Of a stretch of DNA of 43,550 nucleotides, positions 26,764 through 38,031 are shown in pieces (position 1 is the first letter of the stretch; the number at the start of each line of letters is the position of its first letter). Under the pieces are notes generated by a model. It was not told the origin of the DNA, made no database searches, and worked only from the letters and a program-made list of their open reading frames with translations. The position numbers and the translations under genes were made by a program. The DNA comes from Deferribacterales bacterium. Its GTDB lineage: Bacteria > Chrysiogenota > Deferribacteres > Deferribacterales > Geovibrionaceae. The DNA lies in assembly GCA_050253335.1 (NCBI GenBank), contig JBFWJG010000015.1, positions 1 to 43,550 on the forward strand, written 5' to 3'.

Positions 26764-27781
26764 CGCTGTCCGTGCGGAAGAGAGCTTCCACAAAGCTTTC
26801 GGCATCAAACGGACGCAGGTCGTCCATCCCTTCGCCGAAGCCTATGAACTTAACGGGAATCCTGAGCTCGTCAACTATTCCGATGATTGCCCCGCCCTTG
26901 GCTGTTCCGTCCAGCTTGGTGAGGATTATGCCTGTAACCCCGACCTCCTCGTGGAACTTTTTCGCCTGCGAGAGTGCATTCTGACCGCTTGTGGCATCCA
27001 GAACAAGAAGAACCTCGTGGGGTGCCGTGGGCATTTCCTTTCTGATTACCCTGAATATCTTCTCAAGCTCCTTCATAAGGTTGAATTTATTGTGGAGCCG
27101 GCCGGCGGTGTCCGCTATGAGCACGTCAAAACCCTTAGCCTTTGAGGACTGCACAGCGTCATATATCACTGCCGCAGGATCGGAGCCTTCACCCTGACGG
27201 ATAAGGGGCACTCCGGCTCTTTCCGCCCAGACGGCAAGCTGATCCACCGCCGCCGCGCGGAATGTGTCTCCGGCGGCGAGAACTGTCTTGAGTCCCGAAT
27301 CCTTAAACATCTTCGCAAGCTTCGCTATGCTGGTGGTTTTTCCCGTTCCGTTCACGCCGACGACTATGACCATGTACGGCTTCTCTTCCACCTGATTCAG
27401 GCTGTTGTCAAGGCTGATGATTTCAAGAATCTTCCTTTTAAGGCAGTTTCTCAGTTCCGCAGGGTCTTTAAGAGTTTTTCTGGAAACCTCTTCACGGACG
27501 CTCTCTATGATCTTCATGGAAGTCTGAACACCCATGTCGGAAGTAATGAGAAGTTCTTCAAGCTCGTCAAGCAGTTCTTCATCTATTGTCTTGCGGCCGA
27601 GGAAAATATTCTCAAGCCCGCCTGTGAATTTGCCGGATGTTTTGGAAAGCCCCGCCTTGAGCTTTCCCATGAAGCCTTTAGCCGGTTCTTCGGCAGGAGC
27701 CTGTGCTTTCTCCTGAACAGCCTCTTCCCCTGCTTCCGAAGCGCTGTTTTTTTTCTTCCTGAATATATCGAAAAATGCCAT
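26744..27781 (-). CDS. ftsY: Signal recognition particle receptor FtsY
   Basis: GVNGTGKTTSIAKLA, DTFRAAA, DTAGRLH and TKLDGTAKGG motifs. Confidence 0.97.
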   Translation of the reverse strand: MAFFDIFRKKKNSASEAGEEAVQEKAQAPAEEPAKGFMGKLKAGLSKTSGKFTGGLENIFLGRKTIDEELLDELEELLITSDMGVQTSMKIIESVREEVSRKTLKDPAELRNCLKRKILEIISLDNSLNQVEEKPYMVIVVGVNGTGKTTSIAKLAKMFKDSGLKTVLAAGDTFRAAAVDQLAVWAERAGVPLIRQGEGSDPAAVIYDAVQSSKAKGFDVLIADTAGRLHNKFNLMKELEKIFRVIRKEMPTAPHEVLLVLDATSGQNALSQAKKFHEEVGVTGIILTKLDGTAKGGAIIGIVDELRIPVKFIGFGEGMDDLRPFDAESFVEALFRTDSDEADKG

Positions 27782-28006
27782 TTAATAATGCTCCGCAGAC
27801 TTTTTTATAAGCCAGACAAGTAAAAACCGTAGGCGGTTTTTTGTCAATATGATTTATCGGTTTAAGCATTTGTTTAATAATTATGTTCTCTTAAATATTA
27901 ATTGTTTATAAATATGATGGTTTGGGGTAAAGTATAATCGATTTCTGTTGCCTAAGATGAAATATCATTCATAATTACTACATAGCCGCAGACATGGGGT
28001 GTTTAT

Positions 28007-29959
28007 ATGAAACTTACTATCAAGTATAAAATTATCTTTGCCTTCAGCGCACTTTCGCTGGTTACGATTCTTTTTCTAGCAACCACGACATACATCAACG
28101 CAAGAAGCATGTCCTACTCAATGATAGAAAACGACCTCACGCACACCACGGACACTTTCGCCTCAATTGTTCTGGCATCCATCAGTTCCTCCGCGAAGGG
28201 ATATCTGGACGGCGCCGTGGACTCAGGGCTGAACACAATAAATCTCACCTACATGAACTCGCTCAGAGGCGGCTACAGTGAAAAAGTGGCTATGTACGAT
28301 GCCTCGCAGGCTCTTCTGGAACAGAATATAATCGAAAACGGATACTTCATAATCCTGAACAGTTCAGGGGAAATAATATATGACAGGAAAAGGGACTCCA
28401 TAGGCAAAAACCTTTCCAACAGCGAGGGATTTGCCGAACTTGTCAAAGAACGCAGCGGCTTCGCCCGTGTTTCCCTGAACGGAGTAACCTCTCTGGCGGC
28501 GGCCGGATACTTTGAGGAATGGGAGTGGATAATAATAGGCGCCGTGCCCGTTTCGGATTTCAAAACAATGCTCGACCCCAAGGACTTCAGAGACTACATT
28601 CTCTCAGTTAAAATAGGCGACACGGGCTACGGCTTTGTACTCGATTCGGAAGGAACCCTCATGGTTCACCCCGCTCTGGAAGGCAAAAACCTCATGGAAA
28701 GCAGAGATTCCGACGGCAGACTCTTTATTAAAGAGATGGTGACCAACAAAAACGGCAAAATAATCTACCCTTGGAAAAACCCGAACGAGACAAGCGCAAG
28801 GGATAAAATAGTTATCTACAAGCACATTCCCGAAGTGAACTGGATAATTGCAGCCGGAAGCTACATTGAGGAGCTTGAGGCGCCGCTTATCCGCATGAGA
28901 AATATTATACTGATAGAGACACCGATTATCCTGGCTCTCTTCATAATCACAAGCTATATAGCGGCCTCCACAATCACAAGACCGCTTCTCGGCTTTGTGA
29001 CGGTTTTCAGAGAAATAGCAGGCGGGGATCTCACCAAGAAAATAGCCGTCAAATCTGGGGATGAGATAGGCACAGTCGCCAGAGAATTCAACATTTTTGT
29101 GGACAACATCCGTGAGACGATGCTCAGCGTCAAAGACGCCACAGACACAGTGGCCTCCGCCACCAACGAACTTTCCAGCACCGCCGAGGAGCTTTCCTCC
29201 ACAGCGGATTCGCAGTCCGCGCAGGTGGGCGATATCGCAAACGGAATGAGTGATGTGACACACTCCGCCGAAGAGGTTGTGCTCCATGTGGAAAGCACAG
29301 GCAAAAGAGTCGAGGAAGCCCTTGAGGTGACTGAAAAAGGGAAAGGGTTTGTTCAGCAGACCGTGCACAGGATTTCAGGAATCAAGACCACAACAGCGGG
29401 ACTCTCCGAAACAATTTCCAAGCTCGGCAAGTCTTCCGAAGAAATAGGCAATATTATCAGCGTAATCAATGATATAGCAGATCAAACAAACCTGCTGGCG
29501 CTTAACGCCGCAATAGAAGCCGCAAGGGCAGGCGAAGCGGGAAGAGGCTTTGCCGTTGTTGCGGACGAGGTTCGCAAGCTCGCAGAACGCACGCAGAACG
29601 CCACGAAAGAGGTGGGAGACATAATAACATCCCTCCAGAAAGAGACGGAAATGGCCGCAGCGGGTATGCAGCAGGCTGAAAAAAGCGTTGATCAGGGAAT
29701 CGGCGCCGCTGAGGAAACAAGGCATGTATTCGATGAAATCGTCGCCGCGGCAGAGCAGATTCACCATGAAACCTCATCTGTCATGGGGCTTGTTCAGCAG
29801 CAGACCCGATCCACAATGAACGTTAACGAAAACCTTCAGGGCGTGGCCGCAGCGGTCGAGCAGAGTTCAGCGGCTTTCGCCGAAGTCACCCAGACGGTGA
29901 ACAACCTCCAGATTCAGACCGAGAACCTTACAATGCTTATAGCAAGGTTTAAGGTTTAA
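28007..29959 (+). CDS. Methyl-accepting chemotaxis protein with Cache and HAMP domains
   Basis: [38 protein letters not shown]; Cache motif GYGFVLD...HP; two TM segments. Confidence 0.95.
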   Translation: MKLTIKYKIIFAFSALSLVTILFLATTTYINARSMSYSMIENDLTHTTDTFASIVLASISSSAKGYLDGAVDSGLNTINLTYMNSLRGGYSEKVAMYDASQALLEQNIIENGYFIILNSSGEIIYDRKRDSIGKNLSNSEGFAELVKERSGFARVSLNGVTSLAAAGYFEEWEWIIIGAVPVSDFKTMLDPKDFRDYILSVKIGDTGYGFVLDSEGTLMVHPALEGKNLMESRDSDGRLFIKEMVTNKNGKIIYPWKNPNETSARDKIVIYKHIPEVNWIIAAGSYIEELEAPLIRMRNIILIETPIILALFIITSYIAASTITRPLLGFVTVFREIAGGDLTKKIAVKSGDEIGTVAREFNIFVDNIRETMLSVKDATDTVASATNELSSTAEELSSTADSQSAQVGDIANGMSDVTHSAEEVVLHVESTGKRVEEALEVTEKGKGFVQQTVHRISGIKTTTAGLSETISKLGKSSEEIGNIISVINDIADQTNLLALNAAIEAARAGEAGRGFAVVADEVRKLAERTQNATKEVGDIITSLQKETEMAAAGMQQAEKSVDQGIGAAEETRHVFDEIVAAAEQIHHETSSVMGLVQQQTRSTMNVNENLQGVAAAVEQSSAAFAEVTQTVNNLQIQTENLTMLIARFKV

Positions 29960-30024
29960 CGGAGCACCGAACTCCAAGTGTGAAAACAGTTTGAATTTAA
30001 CGCAATATACTTTACAATCTCTCT

Positions 30025-33000
30025 ATGCGCTTTAAATCCATCACACTCCAAGGCTTTAAATCATTTGTCGACAAGACCGCCGTGGATTTCCCCGACGGCA
30101 TTACCTGCGTTGTGGGGCCGAACGGCTCCGGCAAAAGCAACATTATGGACGCCATACGCTGGGTTTTCGGCGAACAGAGCCCCAAGGAGCTCCGCGGGAA
30201 CGACATGGAGGATGTTATCTTCGGCGGTTCCGCCAAGCGCAAGCCCTCAGGCTTCGCGGAAGTTTCCCTCACAGTGAGCGACCTGCCCGAGAGCGTGACC
30301 GCAAAATGGGGAACCCTCTCCGAAGTCACTGTCACCAGAAAGTTTTACCGCACAGGCGAGCGTGAATACAAAATCAACAACCGCAAGTGCCGCCTTAAAG
30401 ACATCCGCGAAATTTTTTACGACACAGGAATGGGAGCCAGAAGCATATCCATAATCGAACAGGGGAAAGTGGAGAAAATTATTCAGGCCACTCCGGAGGA
30501 ACTACGCCTGTTTCTGGAAGAGACGGCGGGAGTTGTGCGTTTCAAGGAGCGCAAGAAGGAAGCCGAACGCAGGCTTCACCAGACAAAGGACAACCTCGGA
30601 CGCGTAAACGACATAATCAGCGAAATCCGCAGCCATATAGACACACTCACCAGACAGGTGGAAACCGTGAAGAAGTTCCGCGAATTTGCGGGGCGGAAGA
30701 CGGAGCTTGATAAAAACATCATACTCTACAAATACATAAAGCTGAAAGAAGACTCCTCCGCCCTCACGGAAGAGATAAACCGCGAAAAAGTGGGCATGGC
30801 GGGCATCATCGCCGAATTTGAAAGCCTTGTAAAAACCGAAACCGAAAAGGAGAGAAAGCTCAACTCTCTCCGAGGCAGTTTCAGGGAAACAAATGAAAAA
30901 ATGCTTTTTCTCGGTGATTCCATAGCGAATATTTCAGGCGATGTGCGGCTTCTGGAAAGTGAAATAGCCGGAGCAGAAAGCACAAAAGAGCGCCTCCACA
31001 GAGAGATAGAAGACTATGAGCGCAAGTTCAGGGAGCTGACCTCCTCCCGCGTGAGGATACTTTCTTCAAAGGAAGAAACGGAGAAAAACAAGGCGAAACT
31101 CAGGGAGAGCCTTGAGGAACTTGAAGAAAAAATCGAAGAATATACCCGCATGCGGGATGACCTCAAGTACGACATTGACGGGCTTGAGGATGAATATCTT
31201 GAACTGACGCAGAAGCTTACATCCATAAATAACTCAGTCTTCGAAAAAGAGACAACCATCAACCGCCTTGAGGCCGACAGGAAGCGCTTTACCCTTGAAA
31301 AGGACGACCTTGAGGCTGAGATAGCCAAAGCCGTCCAGAGAGCGGAAGACGCTCAAAGGGAATTCGAGGAAACGAGAGACGCTCTCAGACACCTGACAGA
31401 CGAGATAAAATCGATCAGAGCGGAACTCAGCGAAATAAAGACCCTTGAAGCGGATGCCAAGGCCGAGACCGATGGTCTGCGCCTTGAGAAAAACTCCCTT
31501 GAGAGCAGAACCGCAGTCCTCAGAGAGCAGATAGAAAATGCCGCAGTGGGCGACAGCGGGGAATACCTCAAGAGGTTTGAATCATCACTTCTTATTGACA
31601 TGATTGATGAATCCGCCGAACCTCCCATGCACTCCGCAGATATCCTTGTTTACAAAGCGGAGCAGAAATCCATGGTTCTGGCGACCGTCAGGGAGATGAC
31701 CGGCTCGCTCCGCTTCACCTTCTCAGACAGTGCGGATGAGCTGATCAGCGAACTCTTCGCTCAGGAAAAAATAACCGAAAATATAATAAAAACAGGCAGT
31801 CTTTACCGCAAAATCGGTGACGATGACAAAGGCGTGGTGATCCTCAAGCTCAAAACGGAGCTTAAAACAGCGGAGGACAAACTGGAAACTGTCGCGGCGG
31901 ACTTTGAGGATGCGGAAGCCAGATACGAAGGGCTTGCCGCCAAAACTGCCGAAACCGCTGAGATTCTTTCTGAAAAAGAAAACCGCAAGTCCACCCTTGA
32001 AACCGAGGCAAAAAACACCTCCCGTATGCTTGATGAGGCTGTTGCCGTTAAAGAAAAGCTCTCCCGCCGCGGTGAGATAATCGACAAGGAAACCGAGTTT
32101 GTCGCCCGTGAGCTTGAGCGGGCGGAGAAAGAACTCATAACCCTGCGGGAATCCCGTGAGAAGACTGCGGAGGAGCAGAGAGAAAAAGAAGATGAAAAAC
32201 AGCTTCTGGATGAACGCCTTGAAGATGTGAACACCCTGTATGAAGATGCGAAGGATGAGCTTAACTCTCTCAAAATTGAAGAGAGAGGCTTCACAGAGCA
32301 GATCAGCGCCCTCACCCGTGAGCTCCACTTCACCGACAGGGAAATAAGCGAAACCACACAGAAAACAGGCGAAGCCAAACAGCGCCTCAGCAAGCTTCTC
32401 ACTGTGGATATAATCAACTTCCGTGAGCGGCTGGAAGCCAAAAAAAGCGAGTACGCCTCCCTTATGAAACAGCAGCAGGAGCTCCGCTCAAGCGCGTTAA
32501 ACACCGACAGGGAAGTGGCTGAGCAGGAAAAAGAGCTTGAATCGCTCAAGAAAGAGATAGAGAAAGCCAACCGCGAAGTTGAGAAGCTCCGCAGCGTGGT
32601 CACTGATTCTGAAATTAAGCGTGAGCGTGTTTTAGCCGAGATGCAGAGCCTGTCCGAAAATTTCACAGAGAAGTTCGAAACGGATATAAACACCGAAAAG
32701 CCGGATCTCTCCTCATTTCAGCCGAACAAGGCAAAAGCCGAGCTAGACGCAGTAACGAAGCTTATTGATGAACTGGGGCCTCTGAACATGGCCGCAGAAC
32801 AGGAATATGACGAAGTCTGCAAGCGAAATGAATTCCTCACTCAGCAGAGAACAGACCTTGAAGACGCAATAGCCAGCATCCACGAGCTGATAAGCGAAAT
32901 AGACGACAGCACGGCAGCCCTTTTCAGGGATACTTTCGAAGGTGTGCGCGACAACTTCAAGAAAGTTTTCGACATTCTCTTCGGTGACGGCAGGGCGGAA

Positions 33001-33378
33001 CTGCGCCTCAGCGAGCCGGACAATTTCCTCACCAGCGGCGTGGAGATCTTTGTTCAGCCGCCGGGCAAGAAACTTGTGAACATGAACCTTCTTTCAGGAG
33101 GAGAAAAGGCGATGAGCGCATGTACGCTGCTTTTTGCGCTGTTTCTTTACAAGCCAACGCCCTTCTGTTTCCTAGATGAGATAGATGCGCCTCTGGACGA
33201 GGCTAACATAGATAAATTCATGAAGGTGGTTAAAACCCTTTCGGGGGACACCCAGTTTGTCATAATCACCCACAGTCAGAAGACAATGGCAGAGGCAGAC
33301 AGCCTCTACGGAGTGACAATGCAGGAACCGGGTGTCTCAAAAATGCTCTCGGTACGCCTCAGCGACCTCAAGCTTTAG
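30025..33378 (+). CDS. smc: Chromosome segregation protein SMC
   Basis: GFKSF, GPNGSGKSN, coiled coils, LSGGEK and LDEIDAPLD motifs. Confidence 0.95.
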   Translation: MRFKSITLQGFKSFVDKTAVDFPDGITCVVGPNGSGKSNIMDAIRWVFGEQSPKELRGNDMEDVIFGGSAKRKPSGFAEVSLTVSDLPESVTAKWGTLSEVTVTRKFYRTGEREYKINNRKCRLKDIREIFYDTGMGARSISIIEQGKVEKIIQATPEELRLFLEETAGVVRFKERKKEAERRLHQTKDNLGRVNDIISEIRSHIDTLTRQVETVKKFREFAGRKTELDKNIILYKYIKLKEDSSALTEEINREKVGMAGIIAEFESLVKTETEKERKLNSLRGSFRETNEKMLFLGDSIANISGDVRLLESEIAGAESTKERLHREIEDYERKFRELTSSRVRILSSKEETEKNKAKLRESLEELEEKIEEYTRMRDDLKYDIDGLEDEYLELTQKLTSINNSVFEKETTINRLEADRKRFTLEKDDLEAEIAKAVQRAEDAQREFEETRDALRHLTDEIKSIRAELSEIKTLEADAKAETDGLRLEKNSLESRTAVLREQIENAAVGDSGEYLKRFESSLLIDMIDESAEPPMHSADILVYKAEQKSMVLATVREMTGSLRFTFSDSADELISELFAQEKITENIIKTGSLYRKIGDDDKGVVILKLKTELKTAEDKLETVAADFEDAEARYEGLAAKTAETAEILSEKENRKSTLETEAKNTSRMLDEAVAVKEKLSRRGEIIDKETEFVARELERAEKELITLRESREKTAEEQREKEDEKQLLDERLEDVNTLYEDAKDELNSLKIEERGFTEQISALTRELHFTDREISETTQKTGEAKQRLSKLLTVDIINFRERLEAKKSEYASLMKQQQELRSSALNTDREVAEQEKELESLKKEIEKANREVEKLRSVVTDSEIKRERVLAEMQSLSENFTEKFETDINTEKPDLSSFQPNKAKAELDAVTKLIDELGPLNMAAEQEYDEVCKRNEFLTQQRTDLEDAIASIHELISEIDDSTAALFRDTFEGVRDNFKKVFDILFGDGRAELRLSEPDNFLTSGVEIFVQPPGKKLVNMNLLSGGEKAMSACTLLFALFLYKPTPFCFLDEIDAPLDEANIDKFMKVVKTLSGDTQFVIITHSQKTMAEADSLYGVTMQEPGVSKMLSVRLSDLKL

Positions 33379-34930
33379 CATCTCCTGTTTTTCTGCGGGG
33401 TTTTCTTCCGCCGGGTTTGGTGGGTCTTACCCCTGCTCTGCCGGAAGTTTTTATCACCGGCCTTTCTTTTTTCTCCGGCTTTCTGACCTGCGCGGGCAGT
33501 TCCGCCAGAAGTTCATCCTCAGGGTAGATGTAGTTCATCTTGACTCCTGTGTGCTCCTCCAGCGCGGGGATAAGCATTGATTCCTCTTCACAGGCGAATA
33601 TAACGGATATGCCTGATGCCCCTGCCCTTGCCGTACGGCCTATTCTGTGCACGTAGCTGTCAGGATCTTCCGGCAGGTTATAGTTGAAAACGTGCGTCAC
33701 GCCGTCAACGTGTATGCCTCTGGCGGCAACGTCAGTGGCAACGAGAACCTGAATCTTGCCTGTCCTGAATTCCTCAAGAGTGTTGATCCTTTTGGTCTGG
33801 CTTACATCACCTGAGAGCATCCTGCATTCCAGCCCAAGGGAGTAAAGCTTGTCCGTAAGGTTGCGGGTCTGGTCTCTTCTGTTGCAGAACACGATAACGC
33901 TTTTAAGGTCGTTGTGCCTGATATAGTTGTAGAGCACCTTGAACTTGTCATCGCTCTCGATTATGTAGGCAAGCTGTTCGATCCTGATATTGGTGACGTT
34001 TTCAGGCTCTATCTCAACTGTGAAGGGCTCTTTTGTCCATCTGGACGCAAGTTCCGCCACAACGGGGGTGAGAGTCGCGCTGAAAAGCATCGTCTGCCTG
34101 TTCTCTTTCTGGGGCAGGTAGTTGATAATTCTGCGGATATCAGGAATGAAGCCCATATCAAGCATTCTGTCCGCCTCGTCAATGATCAGTATCTCCACTT
34201 TGGAGAGATCCACCTTGCTGTTCTGGCGGAAGTCAAGGAGCCTGCCGGGCGTGGCGACAACTATGTCCACAAGCTTTTCCTCAAGAGCCCTCCTCTGTTT
34301 CTCATACCCCATGCCGCCGAACACAGCAAGAACCTCGATGTCGGTGTATTTGGAAAGGCCGAGAGCATCCTTCTCTATCTGAAGCACAAGCTCTCTTGTG
34401 GGCGCAAGCACAAGAACTCTGGGGTTTCCGGGTTTGCGGTTTTCGAGGGGATTTTTCTGGATATGCCTGAGGGCGGCGAGGAGGAATGCGGCTGTTTTGC
34501 CCGTTCCCGTCTGCGCCTTACCGCTTACGTCCCTGCCTTCGAAAGCCTGAGGAAGTATCTCCGCCTGAATATCCGTGCAGTACTTGAATCCCTGATCATA
34601 GATGGCTCTTAAAAGCTGTTCGGAAATATCCAGATCATGGAAGCGGACCTTCCCTTCAGCAGGTTCAACCGTGAAGGACGATGAATCCCACGGTTCGAAC
34701 ACTACGGGTTCTTTTTTGGGTTTGGGCTGAGCCTGAACAACCCTGATTTTTTCCTTAGGAGGCGCAGTTCTTACCTTCTCCCTGGCAGGTTTTACCGCAG
34801 CAGGCTTATGCTGCTGCACTTCTCTTCTCGCATCCGGCGTGATTTCCCTCACGCGGATCGCCGCTGCCTTCTTTCTTACGAAAAGGGAGCGGATTTTTTG
34901 TTTCAAACGTCTTAGCAAATGCCACCTCAT
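33368..34930 (-). CDS. DEAD-box RNA helicase (RhlB-like)
   Basis: AQTGTGKT, PTREL, TPGR, DEAD, SAT, ARGIH and HRIGRTAR motifs. The start is uncertain. Confidence 0.93.
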   Translation of the reverse strand: MRWHLLRRLKQKIRSLFVRKKAAAIRVREITPDARREVQQHKPAAVKPAREKVRTAPPKEKIRVVQAQPKPKKEPVVFEPWDSSSFTVEPAEGKVRFHDLDISEQLLRAIYDQGFKYCTDIQAEILPQAFEGRDVSGKAQTGTGKTAAFLLAALRHIQKNPLENRKPGNPRVLVLAPTRELVLQIEKDALGLSKYTDIEVLAVFGGMGYEKQRRALEEKLVDIVVATPGRLLDFRQNSKVDLSKVEILIIDEADRMLDMGFIPDIRRIINYLPQKENRQTMLFSATLTPVVAELASRWTKEPFTVEIEPENVTNIRIEQLAYIIESDDKFKVLYNYIRHNDLKSVIVFCNRRDQTRNLTDKLYSLGLECRMLSGDVSQTKRINTLEEFRTGKIQVLVATDVAARGIHVDGVTHVFNYNLPEDPDSYVHRIGRTARAGASGISVIFACEEESMLIPALEEHTGVKMNYIYPEDELLAELPAQVRKPEKKERPVIKTSGRAGVRPTKPGGRKPRRKTGDAKA

Positions 34931-34997
34931 ATTGATGATAGTTCGAAAAAACCTGCGTCCTGCAGTTTTTTCTCACTCACAGCCTGCGCGGCAAAGC

Positions 34998-35426
34998 CGC
35001 TTGCTGTTCCCGCTTCGCTGTGCGTTCCTCGCATTCGCTGCGGTACGCACTCCGCGTGTGCTTCCATGCACATTGGGTAAGTTCCGGCTTCGCACGGCGG
35101 ACTTCCTTCCATGGAAGTTTGTGAGCTTATATATAATCGTATTCCGTTCTCTGTTACGCTTGCTGTTCCCGCATTCGCTGCGGTACGCACTCCGCGTGTG
35201 CTTCCATGCACATTGGGTAAGTTCCGGCTTCGCACGGCGGACTTCCTTCCATGGAAGTTTGTGAGCTTATATATAAATCGTATTCCGTTCTCTGTTACGC
35301 TTGCTGTTCCCGCTTCGCTGTGCGTTCCTCGCATTCGCTGCGGTACGCACTCCGCGTGTGCTTCAATGCACATTGGGCAAGTTCCGGCTTCGCACGGCGG
35401 ACTTCCTTCCATGGAAGTTTGTGAGC
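34998..35426. repeat. Tandem array of three GC-rich palindromic (REP/MITE-like) units
   Basis: Copies at 34998-35156 (159 bp), 35157-35297 (141 bp, with a 19-bp deletion) and 35298-35426 (partial). Internal GTGC-TTCCAT-GCAC and CTTCCATGGAAG palindromes. Confidence 0.92.
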
Positions 35427-35654
35427 CTGTATATGCATATTATTCTGTTATATTTATTTCAGCCTGCAAGGACTGCTCAATCACAAAATAACCCAGCAGG
35501 AGTTTAAAACCATATGGAAAAAAAGCAAAGAACTTTATGGATTCGGCCATACGATAAATTTTACAAATATACACTTTAAAAAAATAAATAACTTCCTAAA
35601 CTAATAGTTCTGAACTATATCTATCAAAAAATAAACAAAATATTGCGATGTTTA

Positions 35655-37982
35655 ATGACTAATTTAAATGAGATTCTAAACACAGATAAGCTTAAAAAAC
35701 AGCTTGAGCAGTTTTCGGATTTTTCAGGACTGCCTGTCAGCATACACGGCGAGAAAGGCGAAGTTCTGATCAAGCCTGACGGAAACACCTGCGCCGGACT
35801 GCTGAGCTCGATTTTCCGGAGCGCCGGAGCCGATAATATAATAAAAGGCATCCTCAGTGCTGAAAACGGCGGCGTTTTTGCCGTTCACTCTGTGGAGATC
35901 GCCGATTTCCCTAAAATTTTTTCTGCGGTTTATTCAGACGGGGGAACTGAGGAAGATAAGCTGAAGTCCGCGGCCGCTTATGTTGCAGGGATCATACAGG
36001 ACAGCTTCGTAAGTACTTCACAGTCAGATCTTTACTGTGACAACCTCGGGATGCTCCGCACATTTTACGCCACAGTGGAACAAAGCCCCATATCAATCGC
36101 CGTGACAGATAAAGAAGGCATAATCGAATATGTTAACCCTTTCTTTAAGGAGCTTACCGGCTTTTCCAGAGAAGAAATAATCGGGCACGGCTTTGAAGCC
36201 CTTCAGTCCGGCAGGCACGATACGGCTTTTTATGACAGCCTGTGGCAGACAATAAAAAGCGGCAAAGTGTGGACGGGAAAGTTTATCAACAGGAAGAAAG
36301 ACGGTTCTCATTACATAGAAGACGCCAAGATAGCCCCCATAACAGAAAACGGCGAAATAGTCCGCTATATCGGCATAAAAGCGGACATAACCGAGCAGGA
36401 ACGCCTGCGGGAGCTTCTTGAAGAAGCAAACCAGATGCTGGAGGCGACTGTGCGCAAACGCACGGAAAAGCTCCGCAATGCGTACATTCGCCTGAAAGAG
36501 AACAGAGACCTGCTTAAAAAAACGCAGAAAGTTGCCAGAATGGGCGGATGGATGCGTGACATGCGCACCAGACGGGGCTACTGGACAGATGAGGCATTCG
36601 CTATTTTCGGACTTGATCGCAGGCCGGAAGCACCCACAATAAAAGAAATACTGACGGCGACACATCCTGATGACCGCGACAAGGTACGAGAATGGCTGGA
36701 GTCGCTGTTTCAGTACACCCCCGAAAGGGAGTTCAGCTTCCGGATATTAAGACAGGACGGCGAGGAACGCATCATTACCTCCATATATTCATACGACTTT
36801 GATGCCTCAGGAAAGCCCTACAGAATAAACGGAATCCACCACGACCAGACAGAAAGAATCCGCACCGCGGAGCGAATAGAAAAACATGAAAAACTGCTCA
36901 ACTCAATCCTCCTTTCTGCCAGTGCGGGGATATGTGTTCTGGACAGAAATTCCCGTGTGGAGATGGTGAATCCAGAGTTCGACAAAATTTTCGGACGAAG
37001 CAGAATCAGCTCCGGCAGACTTTTTACAGAGGCATATCCGGAGCTTTTCAACGGCAGAGACGCGGAAATCCTGCGCGGCGCTCTTCAGGCCAAAACACCG
37101 ATGACAGGAATGGAATACTCTTTCACCCTCCCCTGCGGGAAGGAGAAGATACTGATCATGAGCCTTGCCGTTCCGGAGACGGATCATGCCCCTGCGACCC
37201 TGATAACCGTATCTGATGTTACGGAGCTGAGCGAGCTCCACAACAAGCAGAAAGAGCAGGAAGCCATGCTTATTCAGCAGTCAAAGATGGCCGCTCTCGG
37301 AGAGATGATCGGTGTAATAACCCACCAGTGGCAGCAGCCGCTCAACGCGGTGGGGATGTTCAGCCAGCTTATTGAATCGGAATTCAGAAGCAGCGACCTG
37401 AAAGCCGAAAACCTCAGGGAATACATATCGTCCATCATGGAGCAGCTTGAGTTCATGTCCCAGACTGTTAAGGATTTCAGAAACTTTTTCAGACCAGGGC
37501 AGTCAAACGGTAGGTTCGAGGCGGCCTGCGCCCTTGAGGAGATAATAAACCTTGTGGCAGTGCATTACGCAAACAGCCGGATCGAAATCCGCCACGAACT
37601 GGACTGCGGTTCGGAATCTTTTGTTTACGGCTCAAAAAGTGAGTTCAAGCAGGTTATCCTGAACCTCCTCGCCAATGCAAAGGACGCCATAACCGAGAAG
37701 TTCAGGGGAGCCTCCGGCGGGATAATTGATGTTTCCTGCGCCGAGACCGGAGAAGATATTGTCATAAAAATCAGGGATAACGGCGGCGGCATTCCGGAAG
37801 AAGTTAAGGACAGTATTTTCAGGTCATACTTCACCACAAAAGGGAACAGCGGCACAGGAATCGGCCTCTATATTTCAAAGCTTATAACTGAAACTCATAT
37901 GCACGGCACAATAAACGCGGAAAATGCTGACGGCGGTGCTGTTTTCACCCTCCGCCTGAAAAAAGCAGACAGGGAACTCTGA
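35655..37982 (+). CDS. Cytoplasmic multi-PAS sensor histidine kinase
   Basis: PAS motif (IEYVNPFF...TG...W.G.FINRKKDGS) plus two further PAS domains; THQWQQPL, NAKDA, DNGGG and GTGIGL boxes. Confidence 0.92.
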   Translation: MTNLNEILNTDKLKKQLEQFSDFSGLPVSIHGEKGEVLIKPDGNTCAGLLSSIFRSAGADNIIKGILSAENGGVFAVHSVEIADFPKIFSAVYSDGGTEEDKLKSAAAYVAGIIQDSFVSTSQSDLYCDNLGMLRTFYATVEQSPISIAVTDKEGIIEYVNPFFKELTGFSREEIIGHGFEALQSGRHDTAFYDSLWQTIKSGKVWTGKFINRKKDGSHYIEDAKIAPITENGEIVRYIGIKADITEQERLRELLEEANQMLEATVRKRTEKLRNAYIRLKENRDLLKKTQKVARMGGWMRDMRTRRGYWTDEAFAIFGLDRRPEAPTIKEILTATHPDDRDKVREWLESLFQYTPEREFSFRILRQDGEERIITSIYSYDFDASGKPYRINGIHHDQTERIRTAERIEKHEKLLNSILLSASAGICVLDRNSRVEMVNPEFDKIFGRSRISSGRLFTEAYPELFNGRDAEILRGALQAKTPMTGMEYSFTLPCGKEKILIMSLAVPETDHAPATLITVSDVTELSELHNKQKEQEAMLIQQSKMAALGEMIGVITHQWQQPLNAVGMFSQLIESEFRSSDLKAENLREYISSIMEQLEFMSQTVKDFRNFFRPGQSNGRFEAACALEEIINLVAVHYANSRIEIRHELDCGSESFVYGSKSEFKQVILNLLANAKDAITEKFRGASGGIIDVSCAETGEDIVIKIRDNGGGIPEEVKDSIFRSYFTTKGNSGTGIGLYISKLITETHMHGTINAENADGGAVFTLRLKKADREL

Positions 37983-38031
37983 TTTTTTCTGCTATAATTG
38001 AGAACTTGCAGACAATGCATACGGAGAGCGG

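Noticed and set aside
33368..33378. Convergent 3' overlaps (smc/helicase, GGDEF/ROK, XRE/PilZ) as an antisense regulatory system
   Set aside because: Overlaps of 4-11 bp are common in compact genomes, and there is no further evidence.
34998..35426. CRISPR array
   Set aside because: The units are 141-159 bp, the intervening sequence is identical rather than unique spacers, and no cas genes are present.
34839..35507. ORFs 34839..35264, 34927..35412, 35111..35491 and 35301..35507
   Set aside because: They are translations of the DNA repeat in several frames. Unit 1 and unit 2 differ by compensating indels, and there is no protein-like signal.
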